A DNA stretch of 43,041 bases from the NCBI GenBank assembly GCA_051532055.1, contig JAOPTX010000006.1:1-43041 (forward strand), in the 5' to 3' direction. The position numbers and the translations under genes were made by a program. Below, one piece after another: positions 8,318 to 17,441 of this stretch (position 1 is the stretch's first letter; each line of letters begins with the position of its first letter). The DNA comes from Fibrobacterales bacterium. GTDB lineage: Bacteria > Fibrobacterota > Fibrobacteria > Fibrobacterales > JAOPTW01. A model generated the notes under the pieces. That model was not told the DNA's origin and did no database searches. It worked only from the letters and a program-made list of their open reading frames with translations.

Positions 8318-11096
8318 TAAAAAGGGAGTAAAGGTTGGTGCGGATGCACAGCATGAAAAAAATCCTCCTATTGACGGTGTGATTGTATACCCATCACTTG
8401 GTTCCCCTGAAATTGTTTTTGTAGATGAGACTATTTCTGTTGTGGTGCTTCTTGATAAAGAATTGCCTTATGAAACAGATGAAGAGAAGGACACAACACA
8501 TAAACGTATATGTAAATGTTTGAGCCTGTTTTCAAAAGAACAATTACACAAGATATATGTAAATGAAAGTTTTAAGACACTGGGGCATGTTACATCAGAT
8601 ACAGTGGTAGATGTTAAGTCGTTACAGGATTCTTTTGCTGCCACGCAATCTGAAGGGTATTACCTTGTCAGTGATAGTGAGAAAAACTTTGAAGCTATGC
8701 TCAATCCTCGCGTTATTGAGTATTATATGAATGGTGAAATTGCGGGGCAGGAAACACAAAACGATCTACTACAAAGTAAGCCCTTAGCATATCCGTATCT
8801 AATAACCCTTGATGCGAAAAAAGTTTTTAAGGGCTCTAGCGCACAACTTTATTTCTATTGGAAAATGCTTGATGATAAAAGCTACACATTAAAGAATGAT
8901 CGAAGTAAAGAAGATGCATATACGAGTTGGATTTTTCGAAACCGTACATTGGATGGTGATGATAACCTTTTTATCGGGAAGAAAATTGTAGAAGATTCAG
9001 ATGGCGTTTTAAATGCGGGTATTGAAAAAGAAAAGGACTTAAGGAAAGATCAAGAAGTATTTACAACAGAGCCTTCACTCGGTGTGTACAATATTTTTGA
9101 TTTCAAATTTCAAGATAAACTTGAGTTGTTGCCATTACACCCGGTTTTTTATTACCATGAAAAAGCTCGTAAATTAAATACTGCTTTTGTAAGTGACCTT
9201 CATGTGGTTTCTCGGCTACAAGTAATGAAGCATACGGACTTGAGAGTTATACCAGGCGTCACTGATGACTCGGTGAGTCCTCCTATAGGGAAACAGATTG
9301 AACCACACGGTGAAAGTCTTCAAACTATTTTAAATGCAATTGGAAAGAGTGCCGCTGATATTTTAGTGGTGGGAGGTGATCTCGTAGATTTTGCGCAAGA
9401 TGCTTATCCTGGTCTGGAGAGTGCACTTTCAAAGGTGTCCAAAGGCAAAAAAATACCTGATTGTGGAGGTGTTGACTATAAAGAAGTATCAAAACTACTG
9501 AGTTTTACATCAGATGATAAGGATCATTATCAGCATGGCGTAGATCTGGGGATGATGTTTTTGATGTTTGCAGAATTTATGGAAAAACATAAAAAGCCGG
9601 TGTTAATACTTTCAGGGAATCATGATGCATATGAAAAGCCTTTTGGTATCTCTCCTCGTGGATTAAAAGATTATGTTGGTGATGTGAAACTTGCAAATGA
9701 AGGAATTCCTGCAGATGCTAATCTCTCTATAATGGAAGCTTGTCTGGCATATGGTGAAAATTATGGAGCGGTTGAGAAGAATTTTAATTTTACTCCTGAA
9801 ATAATGGATTTTTACTCATTTCTATTTAGCCCAGTTACAACCTATACGAGTAAAATAGGATTGTTACAAATATTGAGTTTGGACTGGATGGAAGAAGAGG
9901 ATATGATTAGTTCTGGCTCTAGCGTGATTGGATGTTTGCCAGTTGCTACAAAAAACCTCAACCAAATCGAAATGGCTCAGGTTGTAAATCCGTTTTTCAA
10001 TTACATAGAAGATAGTAGCCTTACTTCAGTCGTATTATCCCATTATACTTGGGTTTGTTATGATGCAGGGGCAAATGTTCTCCTTGATGGTGCAAAACGA
10101 AGCTTTAAAGTTGGTGATGGTGTTAACTCTACTGATTTTAATATAGGTACCTGTAAAATTAATCGTATTCCATTTTATACTAAATTTAAAGAGCAGAAAA
10201 TAGATTTTTGTTTTTCAGGGCATGCCCATAGGGCTGGCGTGTATAAATTGAAAGATTTCCAAGGTTCTGAAGTGAGTATGCTTGGCTTACCTGTTGAAAA
10301 GCAGAATAAGTTTGATTCCTTAGCCGAAAAACCACTCAAAAAGCCTGTGTTTTTAGTAGCGGATTCCGCAGGGCCCATCCCAAGAGAAAATAATGCAGGG
10401 GAATTTGGTGGGTGGGGAAGTAACTCCCCCGCTGGTTTGCTTTTAGCATTTAATGACTCTGGTAAAGGACGAAAGTTTTCTATTGAAAGAGTGTCCGCAA
10501 GAGTAAAGCCTCGATTAAGTGTCTCTATGGATTATATGGAACTCATGAAAGAGAATGATTTTGATTCAAGTTGGTGGTGGAATTTTTGGGTTGATAAGAT
10601 TAATTTAAAGATTACGGGCGGGGATACAGAAGAAGAAATCGCACCAGAAGCAAAAAAATACTCAGTTGATATTACTTTTAGTAAAGAAAATAATATCGTT
10701 AATAATTTACCCAATTGGTTTTTACTTAATTCCATAAGTTATGTAGTCTATTATAATGACAAGACAGGAAAGAAGAAAGTACAGTTGAAAGTTTTTAAGG
10801 ATGGTGACGACTGGTTTTTAGAAGATGAGGCAGGGAAATTAGGGTGGCTTATGGAAACTAATCGCGAAAAGGTGAAATCGGAGTCCTTTCTTTCGACTAG
10901 TTATAAGATAGGCAAAAATGATTTTAAGGCGGGACAGATTTATAATACAAGTTTTCCATCAGTGATGTTTGCAAGTAGTAAACTTGATAAGAAGTGGTTT
11001 AAAGATGTCTTTACTCTTGAGATTAAAAAAGAGGGAAGTTGGACTAAGTATCCTGATATCGAAAAATATGAAGAATTAAAAGCAAGACTAGTATGA
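8307..11096 (+). CDS. Large calcineurin-like metallophosphoesterase (929 aa), candidate toxin/effector
   Basis: All five MPE motifs in order: FVSDLH, GGDLVD, SGNHD, VLSHY, SGHAH. Long inserts and N/C extensions; no signal peptide. Confidence 0.85.
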   Translation: MPSNKKGVKVGADAQHEKNPPIDGVIVYPSLGSPEIVFVDETISVVVLLDKELPYETDEEKDTTHKRICKCLSLFSKEQLHKIYVNESFKTLGHVTSDTVVDVKSLQDSFAATQSEGYYLVSDSEKNFEAMLNPRVIEYYMNGEIAGQETQNDLLQSKPLAYPYLITLDAKKVFKGSSAQLYFYWKMLDDKSYTLKNDRSKEDAYTSWIFRNRTLDGDDNLFIGKKIVEDSDGVLNAGIEKEKDLRKDQEVFTTEPSLGVYNIFDFKFQDKLELLPLHPVFYYHEKARKLNTAFVSDLHVVSRLQVMKHTDLRVIPGVTDDSVSPPIGKQIEPHGESLQTILNAIGKSAADILVVGGDLVDFAQDAYPGLESALSKVSKGKKIPDCGGVDYKEVSKLLSFTSDDKDHYQHGVDLGMMFLMFAEFMEKHKKPVLILSGNHDAYEKPFGISPRGLKDYVGDVKLANEGIPADANLSIMEACLAYGENYGAVEKNFNFTPEIMDFYSFLFSPVTTYTSKIGLLQILSLDWMEEEDMISSGSSVIGCLPVATKNLNQIEMAQVVNPFFNYIEDSSLTSVVLSHYTWVCYDAGANVLLDGAKRSFKVGDGVNSTDFNIGTCKINRIPFYTKFKEQKIDFCFSGHAHRAGVYKLKDFQGSEVSMLGLPVEKQNKFDSLAEKPLKKPVFLVADSAGPIPRENNAGEFGGWGSNSPAGLLLAFNDSGKGRKFSIERVSARVKPRLSVSMDYMELMKENDFDSSWWWNFWVDKINLKITGGDTEEEIAPEAKKYSVDITFSKENNIVNNLPNWFLLNSISYVVYYNDKTGKKKVQLKVFKDGDDWFLEDEAGKLGWLMETNREKVKSESFLSTSYKIGKNDFKAGQIYNTSFPSVMFASSKLDKKWFKDVFTLEIKKEGSWTKYPDIEKYEELKARLV

Positions 11097-12373
11097 ATAT
11101 TTTTAGAGGCATATTAATATGCCTATTTTGTATAGGAGTGGTTATGGGGAAGAGTTTTGATGGCGATTTGGGAAAAGAGCTTAAAAATATTGATTCATTT
11201 AATAGCACGTTTGCCCAGGGCTATGATTTTGGTGGAAACATGATTACGGGTATATTTAAGCGGTATGAATGGCCTGATGGTAAGTATGAAGGGCTTAATT
11301 TTGTGGATGCTACATTTACAGCGATTGATTTTGATAATAAGATGAGTATCACTCATTCGGTATTTAAAAACTGTACTTTCAGTAAATGCAATTGGAGTCG
11401 CTCAACCTGGGAAAACAACACGTTTATTGGATGTACTTTCAAAGATCATACTATTGGTTTGGGTTCTGAAATTCATGAGAATGATTTTAGCGAAGTCTCT
11501 TTTAAGAATTCTGACTTTAATAATGAAGTGGGCATGGGGGGGGCAACGATAAAAGCAAATAAAAATAGATGGAAAAAATCTTCATTTGAAAATAATCATT
11601 TCAATTATTTCAAATTTGTTGATACAGAGTTTAATGAATGTGTTTTTAAAGAGAACAAATTTGAAAACTCAACTATTTATGGATTTAATGCAGTGCGTCC
11701 TTACTTTAAATCGAATAGTTATGATAAATTTGATTTGTATGATGGGGCTATAGACCACCCCTATTTAGAAGGAATTCCTTATGTTGATATCAATTATACA
11801 AAGTTTAACTTTAATCAGGTCGTAATTACTGATACTTTGACTATTGTACCGACAGAGATTGTAGGCCAACCAACCTATGGTATTGGAGGGTTTAGTTTGT
11901 CAGGAGCGACAATTGACCTTTCTAAACTAAAGGGAAATAATTTTTCGTTTACCGGTGGAGAGGATGTATCAATTGCTGACTTTAATGACCCGTCCAAAAA
12001 ACTAGTTTTAACTTCGTTATCAAATTCAACAGTTAAAAATATTAAATGTTATGCACTCGAAATAGCGGTAAGTCCAATTTCAAATGTTGTTTTTGAGAAT
12101 ATAGAGCTTGAATATGGAATAGCAATTAAATATGGCGGCTCACTTGAAAATGTAGTTTTTAGAAATGTGACTATGGGCAAGGGTGTTGTATTTGATGAAG
12201 CAAAACTAAAAAATGTTACCTGGGAAAATGTTACCTTTAAAAATGATCCAAAACGTATATGGGTGAAAAACTCGACCTTTGATACGCTTCCTCCCTTTCT
12301 TGAAGGCCGGAAGTTTACTGATACTGATGATAGTGTATTTGTTGATGGGAAACAGTTTCTAGGTGATAATTAA
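11093..12373 (+). CDS. Exported pentapeptide-repeat (beta-helix) protein, copy 1
   Basis: 5-residue periodicity (SVFKN CTFSK CNWSR STWEN NTFIG CTFKD; VVFEN, VVFRN, VTWEN), hydrophobic N-terminal leader, ATGA overlap with the MPE stop. Confidence 0.85.
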   Translation: MNIFRGILICLFCIGVVMGKSFDGDLGKELKNIDSFNSTFAQGYDFGGNMITGIFKRYEWPDGKYEGLNFVDATFTAIDFDNKMSITHSVFKNCTFSKCNWSRSTWENNTFIGCTFKDHTIGLGSEIHENDFSEVSFKNSDFNNEVGMGGATIKANKNRWKKSSFENNHFNYFKFVDTEFNECVFKENKFENSTIYGFNAVRPYFKSNSYDKFDLYDGAIDHPYLEGIPYVDINYTKFNFNQVVITDTLTIVPTEIVGQPTYGIGGFSLSGATIDLSKLKGNNFSFTGGEDVSIADFNDPSKKLVLTSLSNSTVKNIKCYALEIAVSPISNVVFENIELEYGIAIKYGGSLENVVFRNVTMGKGVVFDEAKLKNVTWENVTFKNDPKRIWVKNSTFDTLPPFLEGRKFTDTDDSVFVDGKQFLGDN

Positions 12374-13705
12374 TCGATATAGAGATTAACAGAACTTCTC
12401 AGCAGAAAATAATTAAGGTTTGTGTGAAATGAATAATTTGCAGCTGTTAGTTATGGGGTTGTGTCTCCATGGAGTATGTATGGCAAAGAATTTTGATGGT
12501 GATTTAAGTAAAGAACTCAAGAATATTGAATCATTTAATAGTACGTTTGGTCAAGGTTTTGACTTTGGTGGAAACATGATTACTGGTATATTTAAGCGGT
12601 ATGAATGGCCCGATGGTAAGTATGAAGGCCTCAAATTTGAAGGCGCCACATTTACAGCGATTGATTTTGATAATAAAATGAGTATCACTCACTCGGTATT
12701 TAAAAACTGTACCTTTAGTAAATGCAATTGGAGTCGCTCAACCTGGGAAAACAACACGTTTATTGGGTGTACTTTTAAAGGTCACGTTATTGGTATTGGC
12801 TCAGAAGTAAATGACAATGAATTTAGTAAAGTGGAGTTTAACGATTCGAAATTTTATAACGAAAATGGTATGGGTAGCCCTACGATAACTATCGAAGGGA
12901 ATAATTGGAAGGGATCAACGTTCAATAATAATGAGATAAGTTATTTTGAATTTAAAAATGAGACTTTTATAGATTGTGTTTTTAAAGGTAATAGCTTTAA
13001 AAATGCTTATATTGATACGTTTGATGCGGTGCGCCCACAGTTTGTGTCTAATAAATATGAAGAGTTTGATCTCTCTGATGGGACTATGGATCACCCCTAT
13101 TTAGAAGGGATTCCGTATGTTGACATCAATTATAAAAAGTTTAACTTTAGTCAGGTAGTAATTACAGATACCCTCACTATAGTGCCAACAGAGATTGTGG
13201 GTCAGCCGACCTATGGTATTGGAGGGTTTAGTTTGTCAGGTACGACAATTGACCTTTCTAAGCTAAAGGGGAATAACTTTTCGTTTACTGGTGGTAGCGA
13301 TGTGTTAATTTCTGACTATAATGATCCTTCTAATAGTTTAGTACTCACTTCGTTATCAAATTCAACAGTTAAAAATATTAAATGTGATGCACTCGAAATA
13401 GCGGTAAGTCCAATTTCAAATGTGGTTTTCGAGAATTTAGAACTCAAATATGGAATAGTTATGAAATATGGCGGTTCACTTGAAAATGTGGTTTTTAGAA
13501 ATGTGACTATGGGCAAGGGTGTCGTTTTTGATGAAGCTAAACTAAAAAATGTTACATGGGAGAATGTTACTCTTACAGATAACCCAAAGCATGTATGGGT
13601 GAAAAACTCGACCTTTGATACGCTTCCCCCCTTTCTTGAAGGCCGGAAGTTTACTGATACTGATGATAGTGTATTTGTTGATGGGAAACAGTTTCTAGGT
13701 GATAA
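11144..13705 (+). repeat. Tandem gene duplication (11144-12369 vs 12480-13705)
   Basis: Colinear at +1336 nt; 12258-12369 and 13594-13705 differ at 1 of 112 nt. Confidence 0.9.
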
Positions 13706-13709
13706 ATAA
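12429..13709 (+). CDS. Exported pentapeptide-repeat protein, copy 2 (tandem paralog)
   Basis: From ATG 12429 it is 426 aa like copy 1 and aligns without gaps at an offset of 1336 nt. Confidence 0.85.
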   Translation: MNNLQLLVMGLCLHGVCMAKNFDGDLSKELKNIESFNSTFGQGFDFGGNMITGIFKRYEWPDGKYEGLKFEGATFTAIDFDNKMSITHSVFKNCTFSKCNWSRSTWENNTFIGCTFKGHVIGIGSEVNDNEFSKVEFNDSKFYNENGMGSPTITIEGNNWKGSTFNNNEISYFEFKNETFIDCVFKGNSFKNAYIDTFDAVRPQFVSNKYEEFDLSDGTMDHPYLEGIPYVDINYKKFNFSQVVITDTLTIVPTEIVGQPTYGIGGFSLSGTTIDLSKLKGNNFSFTGGSDVLISDYNDPSNSLVLTSLSNSTVKNIKCDALEIAVSPISNVVFENLELKYGIVMKYGGSLENVVFRNVTMGKGVVFDEAKLKNVTWENVTLTDNPKHVWVKNSTFDTLPPFLEGRKFTDTDDSVFVDGKQFLGDK

Positions 13710-13787
13710 CTGGTATCGACTTAATATAGCTTGCTCTAGATCTAAACCCATTCACTCATTATGTTGTAATGAAATGTTTGTTGGGTC

Positions 13788-14831
13788 ATGGATTCCAAGT
13801 TCCTATATATATCAAATTCTACTGAAAATAATATGAATTATAGATCAATATACTACGACAACGTAAAAGCCCTTCTAATACTCTTAGTTGTAGTTGGGCA
13901 TTTCATAGAACCCTACCGTGGTGTATATTCACATTCGACTGCACTGTATGCCTTTATATATTTGTTCCACGTTCCACTGTTTGCCTATGTGTCGGGCCGC
14001 TTCTCAAAGTTTGATTATTCTACAAAGAGTGTACGAAAGGTCATAGTTTATCTGATTGTTCCATACTTTTTACTGCAATTAGGGTTTAGCGTTTTTAATA
14101 ATTGGATGTCAGGTTCGGAATTGCTTAATTTACAGATGTTTCAGCCATATTGGCATTTGTGGTACCTCTTAAGCTTAATCCTTTGGACATTTTTATTGCC
14201 TGTAGTTAAGCTTTTTCGGTGGCCATTACTGTTGGCTTTATTGTGTGGATTGTTAGTAGGTTTAAACGACTATAGTTATAACCTTTCTTTTTCGCGAACG
14301 TTTGTATTTTTTCCCTTTTTTATTCTTGGCCACATGGATGTGATCGATAGAATTCGTCAGAAACGAATTGTTTGGATTCGAATTCTCGCGGGGATTATTT
14401 TAGTAGGTGCGTTTATAGTGCTCCTAAAAATGGATCTAAAGACCTTTAATTATTATTGGTTCTATGGGTCTGTTCCTTATTCATTAATGAGTGCAAACTG
14501 GCATGAAGGTATGCTGTATAGATTATATACTTATTCAGCATCTCTTCTGCTCTTGATTTCTTTTCTGATTATAATACCTGAGCGGAAAAACATATTCACT
14601 AATTTAGGTACTAAAACTTTTGTAGTATATGTATTGCATGCTATAGTTGTGAAGGTGTTTCAAAAATACGTAGATCTCTATCTGTTTGTCGATCCATGGT
14701 ATATCTGTACACTGCCAGTGATTGCTCTGGCAACTATAGTGATTCTTGCCCTGCCAGGTCTAAATACATTCTTGGACTTGTTTTTGTTGAAGAGAATTAC
14801 GCCCTACTTCTTAGGGAATAAAAAAGAGTAA
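13788..14831 (+). CDS. Acyltransferase family 3 membrane protein (polysaccharide O-acetyltransferase-like)
   Basis: RSIYYDNVKALLILLVVVGH, IYLFHVPLFAYVSG, HLWYL, SRTFVFFPFF, VYVLH; about 10 TM helices. True start may be 13833. Confidence 0.88.
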   Translation: MDSKFLYISNSTENNMNYRSIYYDNVKALLILLVVVGHFIEPYRGVYSHSTALYAFIYLFHVPLFAYVSGRFSKFDYSTKSVRKVIVYLIVPYFLLQLGFSVFNNWMSGSELLNLQMFQPYWHLWYLLSLILWTFLLPVVKLFRWPLLLALLCGLLVGLNDYSYNLSFSRTFVFFPFFILGHMDVIDRIRQKRIVWIRILAGIILVGAFIVLLKMDLKTFNYYWFYGSVPYSLMSANWHEGMLYRLYTYSASLLLLISFLIIIPERKNIFTNLGTKTFVVYVLHAIVVKVFQKYVDLYLFVDPWYICTLPVIALATIVILALPGLNTFLDLFLLKRITPYFLGNKKE

Positions 14832-14887
14832 TAAGAGTGGCTCTGCTTGTGTATGCACTATACAACCTTGTACTAAAATCCCTCCAA

Positions 14888-14905
14888 TGTAAATCCTGTT
14901 TTACA
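14888..14905. promoter_or_regulatory. Perfect TGTAAA-N6-TTTACA dyad upstream of the FISUMP lipoprotein
   Basis: tgtaaa tcctgt tttaca, ending 59 nt before ATG 14964. Confidence 0.4.
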
Positions 14906-14963
14906 AAAAGCCCCAGTACCTCATAAATACTATTTTATAGTCATTATAAGATATGAGGGTTCT

Positions 14964-17372
14964 ATGAAACTTATTACTGGGGTAGTGGTTTTACTATTTG
15001 TTCTCACCGGTTGCTTTAATGCAGGGGTGAATGATACTAATCAAGAAATGGCAGAAAGTGATGATTCGAGCGTCGTGAGAGTAAACCTAGATATTTTACT
15101 TGGTCAACATCGCTTTGATAGCATTCGTTATGAGGTTGTTCCAGGTGAGAGTGATAGTTTTGATGGGTCTCTTGAGGTCGATTCAGATGATGCACAAACT
15201 ACAGTCGTCCTTGATATCCCTAGGGGTGAGAAAAGTACTATTACCTACTATTGTTATATTGGTGATGATATAGCGGCAGGGAATAATGAAGTTATTCAAG
15301 CAATTGTTGAAACAACTATAACCTCATCGCCGGATTATGTCCCGGTAGTTATAAATAATGTTTCTGAGTATCGCATAACCGTTGATGAAACATTTCAGTT
15401 TGATATTGATGTCGATGACATTTCTCCTTCATTAACCTATGAGTATGATTTCGTTGGGGATGGTGTTTTTACTACTGCTAATCGACATATTTATCGCGCT
15501 AAAGGAACTTATAGTGCCGTTATTAGAGTAGGCGATGGTATTAATGTTGTTGTCGTGCCTCTAGAGGTGATAGTGTTGGAGCGTACAGGAAATCCAGACT
15601 TTAAACCGATTGAGAAAGAATCTGATGTGTATACCATTGATTATGTAAGTACTCAAGGTGGGAGTGTTAGTGGAAGTGCTACGAGCATTGCTGGGGGCGA
15701 AGTTACGGTCAAGTTTGTTGAAAGTCCTGGATATCAATTTGATACATTTGTATTAGATTCAGGGAAGGCGAATCTTGAGGGTAACTTATTGACTGAAATT
15801 AAATCTGATGTAATGGTCACGGCTCAATTTACTTCAAAAAAATATGACATCATTTTCGAGATTGAGGGTGATTGTGGGAGCGTAACAACGGAAGATGCTC
15901 TTCAATATGCTATTAATGTAGATGATATAACAATCGGAACAACATTGGATAATAATTGTAATGTTTATTTCTCTTCTGAACATTTGAATGTGCTTGATAG
16001 CACGATAAATGGAATTTCACCAGAAGGGCTCGCTATTGTGAATGATTCACTTGTGGTGACCGTTACTTTTACCGAAAAAGTACTCGAGCAAGTGCGTGTA
16101 TCCGTGGAGTGTTACCTTGATGGAGAACGTCAGTCGAGCTGTGATGAAGTGTTTGGTTCGGTAGAGCCCTCGTTGTTCACCTTGTCAGAAGACAATACTC
16201 AGAAGTTATTAATGCCGATCTCTCAGAATGGATATCAATTTATTGAATTTACAGCTGAGTCAACTATTCAAATGAAGGGTGATACGGTCATTTTTAAAGA
16301 AGGGCCTACAGATGGTTTGGTAAATGCTTATTTCAAAACAACAGAGTTTGAGGTTTCACTTACCTCGGGTGCTCATGGTACAATAAGCCCATCAACAATT
16401 ACTACGAGTATTGATATTGAAGAAACAGTTACGGTCAATGCTTCAGCTGATTTAGGGTATGTCTTTGATGGTTGGGAAGTCTTCAATTGTACTATTGCTG
16501 ATGGTTTTGATGAGCGGAGTGATGAAGTACGTTTTAGTTGTATCGATACGGGGGTGATTCAAGCTCGTTTCATAGGGCTGCCACCAAATAGTATCAGTAT
16601 TAATAATGGGCCTGGGAAAATGGTGCTTGGGGCTGCAAACATAACCCTTGATGTTACAATATTGCCCAATAGTACCCCTAATAAACAAGTACTATGGAGT
16701 TCAAGTAATAGTGATATTGTGCGCGTTGCGAATGGGGTGCTCGAAGCGGTATCAGGAGGGAATGTAGATATTACGGCAACAACAGCTGATGGAAATCGAA
16801 CTCAGTCTATTTCAGTCGCAGTAGACTCACTTCTCGATACTCGGATCGATACTTCTGGTGTCCAAAAGAAATATAAAATTGTTCGTATTAACGATGTGGT
16901 ATGGATGGCAGAAAACCTTGACTATAGAAAAAAAGGCGGTTGTGCTGGGATGGGTGAAAGTCGTTGTGATGAATATGGTAGCTATTATCGCTATGATTCC
17001 CTGGCTACTGCGTGTCCTGCGGGCTGGATTGTACCAAGTAAATCAGACTGGGAAAGCCTCGAACAGTATATTGATGCTGATAATGGCGGGGTGAATGATA
17101 ATGCTGGATATTCTCTTAAAGCCTTTAAGACGGGCTGGACAGATCCCTATGCAGGGAACCGATATGGCTTTAGTGCGCTTCCCAGTGGGTTTGGTAAATA
17201 TACTGGTGCTCCAAGTTCAGGGGGTGCCTATTGGTGGAGTTCTACCTATCATTCGGAGCATGCCATATTTAAAATTCCAAATTATTGGACTGCCTCAATT
17301 ACCAGTGATGCTCTTACTGTTGGCTATAATGTTTCAGGTGATTCAGTGCCACTCAGATGTATTCAGGATTAG
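14964..17372 (+). CDS. Surface lipoprotein with PKD-like, InlB-B-repeat-like and Big_2 domains and a C-terminal FISUMP (Fib_succ_major) domain
   Basis: Lipobox LTGC; GYQFD/GYVFDGW repeats; VLWSSSNSDIVRV (Big_2); YKIVRI...WMAENLDY, CDEYGSYY, ACPAGWIVPSKSDW, GFSALPSG, AYWWSS, PLRCIQD. Confidence 0.85.
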   Translation: MKLITGVVVLLFVLTGCFNAGVNDTNQEMAESDDSSVVRVNLDILLGQHRFDSIRYEVVPGESDSFDGSLEVDSDDAQTTVVLDIPRGEKSTITYYCYIGDDIAAGNNEVIQAIVETTITSSPDYVPVVINNVSEYRITVDETFQFDIDVDDISPSLTYEYDFVGDGVFTTANRHIYRAKGTYSAVIRVGDGINVVVVPLEVIVLERTGNPDFKPIEKESDVYTIDYVSTQGGSVSGSATSIAGGEVTVKFVESPGYQFDTFVLDSGKANLEGNLLTEIKSDVMVTAQFTSKKYDIIFEIEGDCGSVTTEDALQYAINVDDITIGTTLDNNCNVYFSSEHLNVLDSTINGISPEGLAIVNDSLVVTVTFTEKVLEQVRVSVECYLDGERQSSCDEVFGSVEPSLFTLSEDNTQKLLMPISQNGYQFIEFTAESTIQMKGDTVIFKEGPTDGLVNAYFKTTEFEVSLTSGAHGTISPSTITTSIDIEETVTVNASADLGYVFDGWEVFNCTIADGFDERSDEVRFSCIDTGVIQARFIGLPPNSISINNGPGKMVLGAANITLDVTILPNSTPNKQVLWSSSNSDIVRVANGVLEAVSGGNVDITATTADGNRTQSISVAVDSLLDTRIDTSGVQKKYKIVRINDVVWMAENLDYRKKGGCAGMGESRCDEYGSYYRYDSLATACPAGWIVPSKSDWESLEQYIDADNGGVNDNAGYSLKAFKTGWTDPYAGNRYGFSALPSGFGKYTGAPSSGGAYWWSSTYHSEHAIFKIPNYWTASITSDALTVGYNVSGDSVPLRCIQD

Positions 17373-17382
17373 GTAATGGGAT

Positions 17383-17417
17383 AAAAAAACGGGCCACTCC
17401 ATGAGTGGCCCGTTTTT
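17383..17417. terminator. Bidirectional rho-independent terminator
   Basis: AAAAACGGGCCACTC-CAT-GAGTGGCCCGTTTTT between convergent genes. Confidence 0.92.
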
Positions 17418-17441
17418 GTTAAATCATTTTTGAAAATAGAT

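Noticed and set aside
8307..8400. Possible shared N-terminal motif between the adaptor-like protein and the MPE (G..D...P...I.Y)
   Set aside because: Too few identities to separate from chance without a profile alignment.
11093..13709. Pentapeptide proteins as Qnr/MfpA-type gyrase protectors
   Set aside because: They are about twice the size, have signal-like leaders and non-canonical repeats, and are coupled to an MPE gene.
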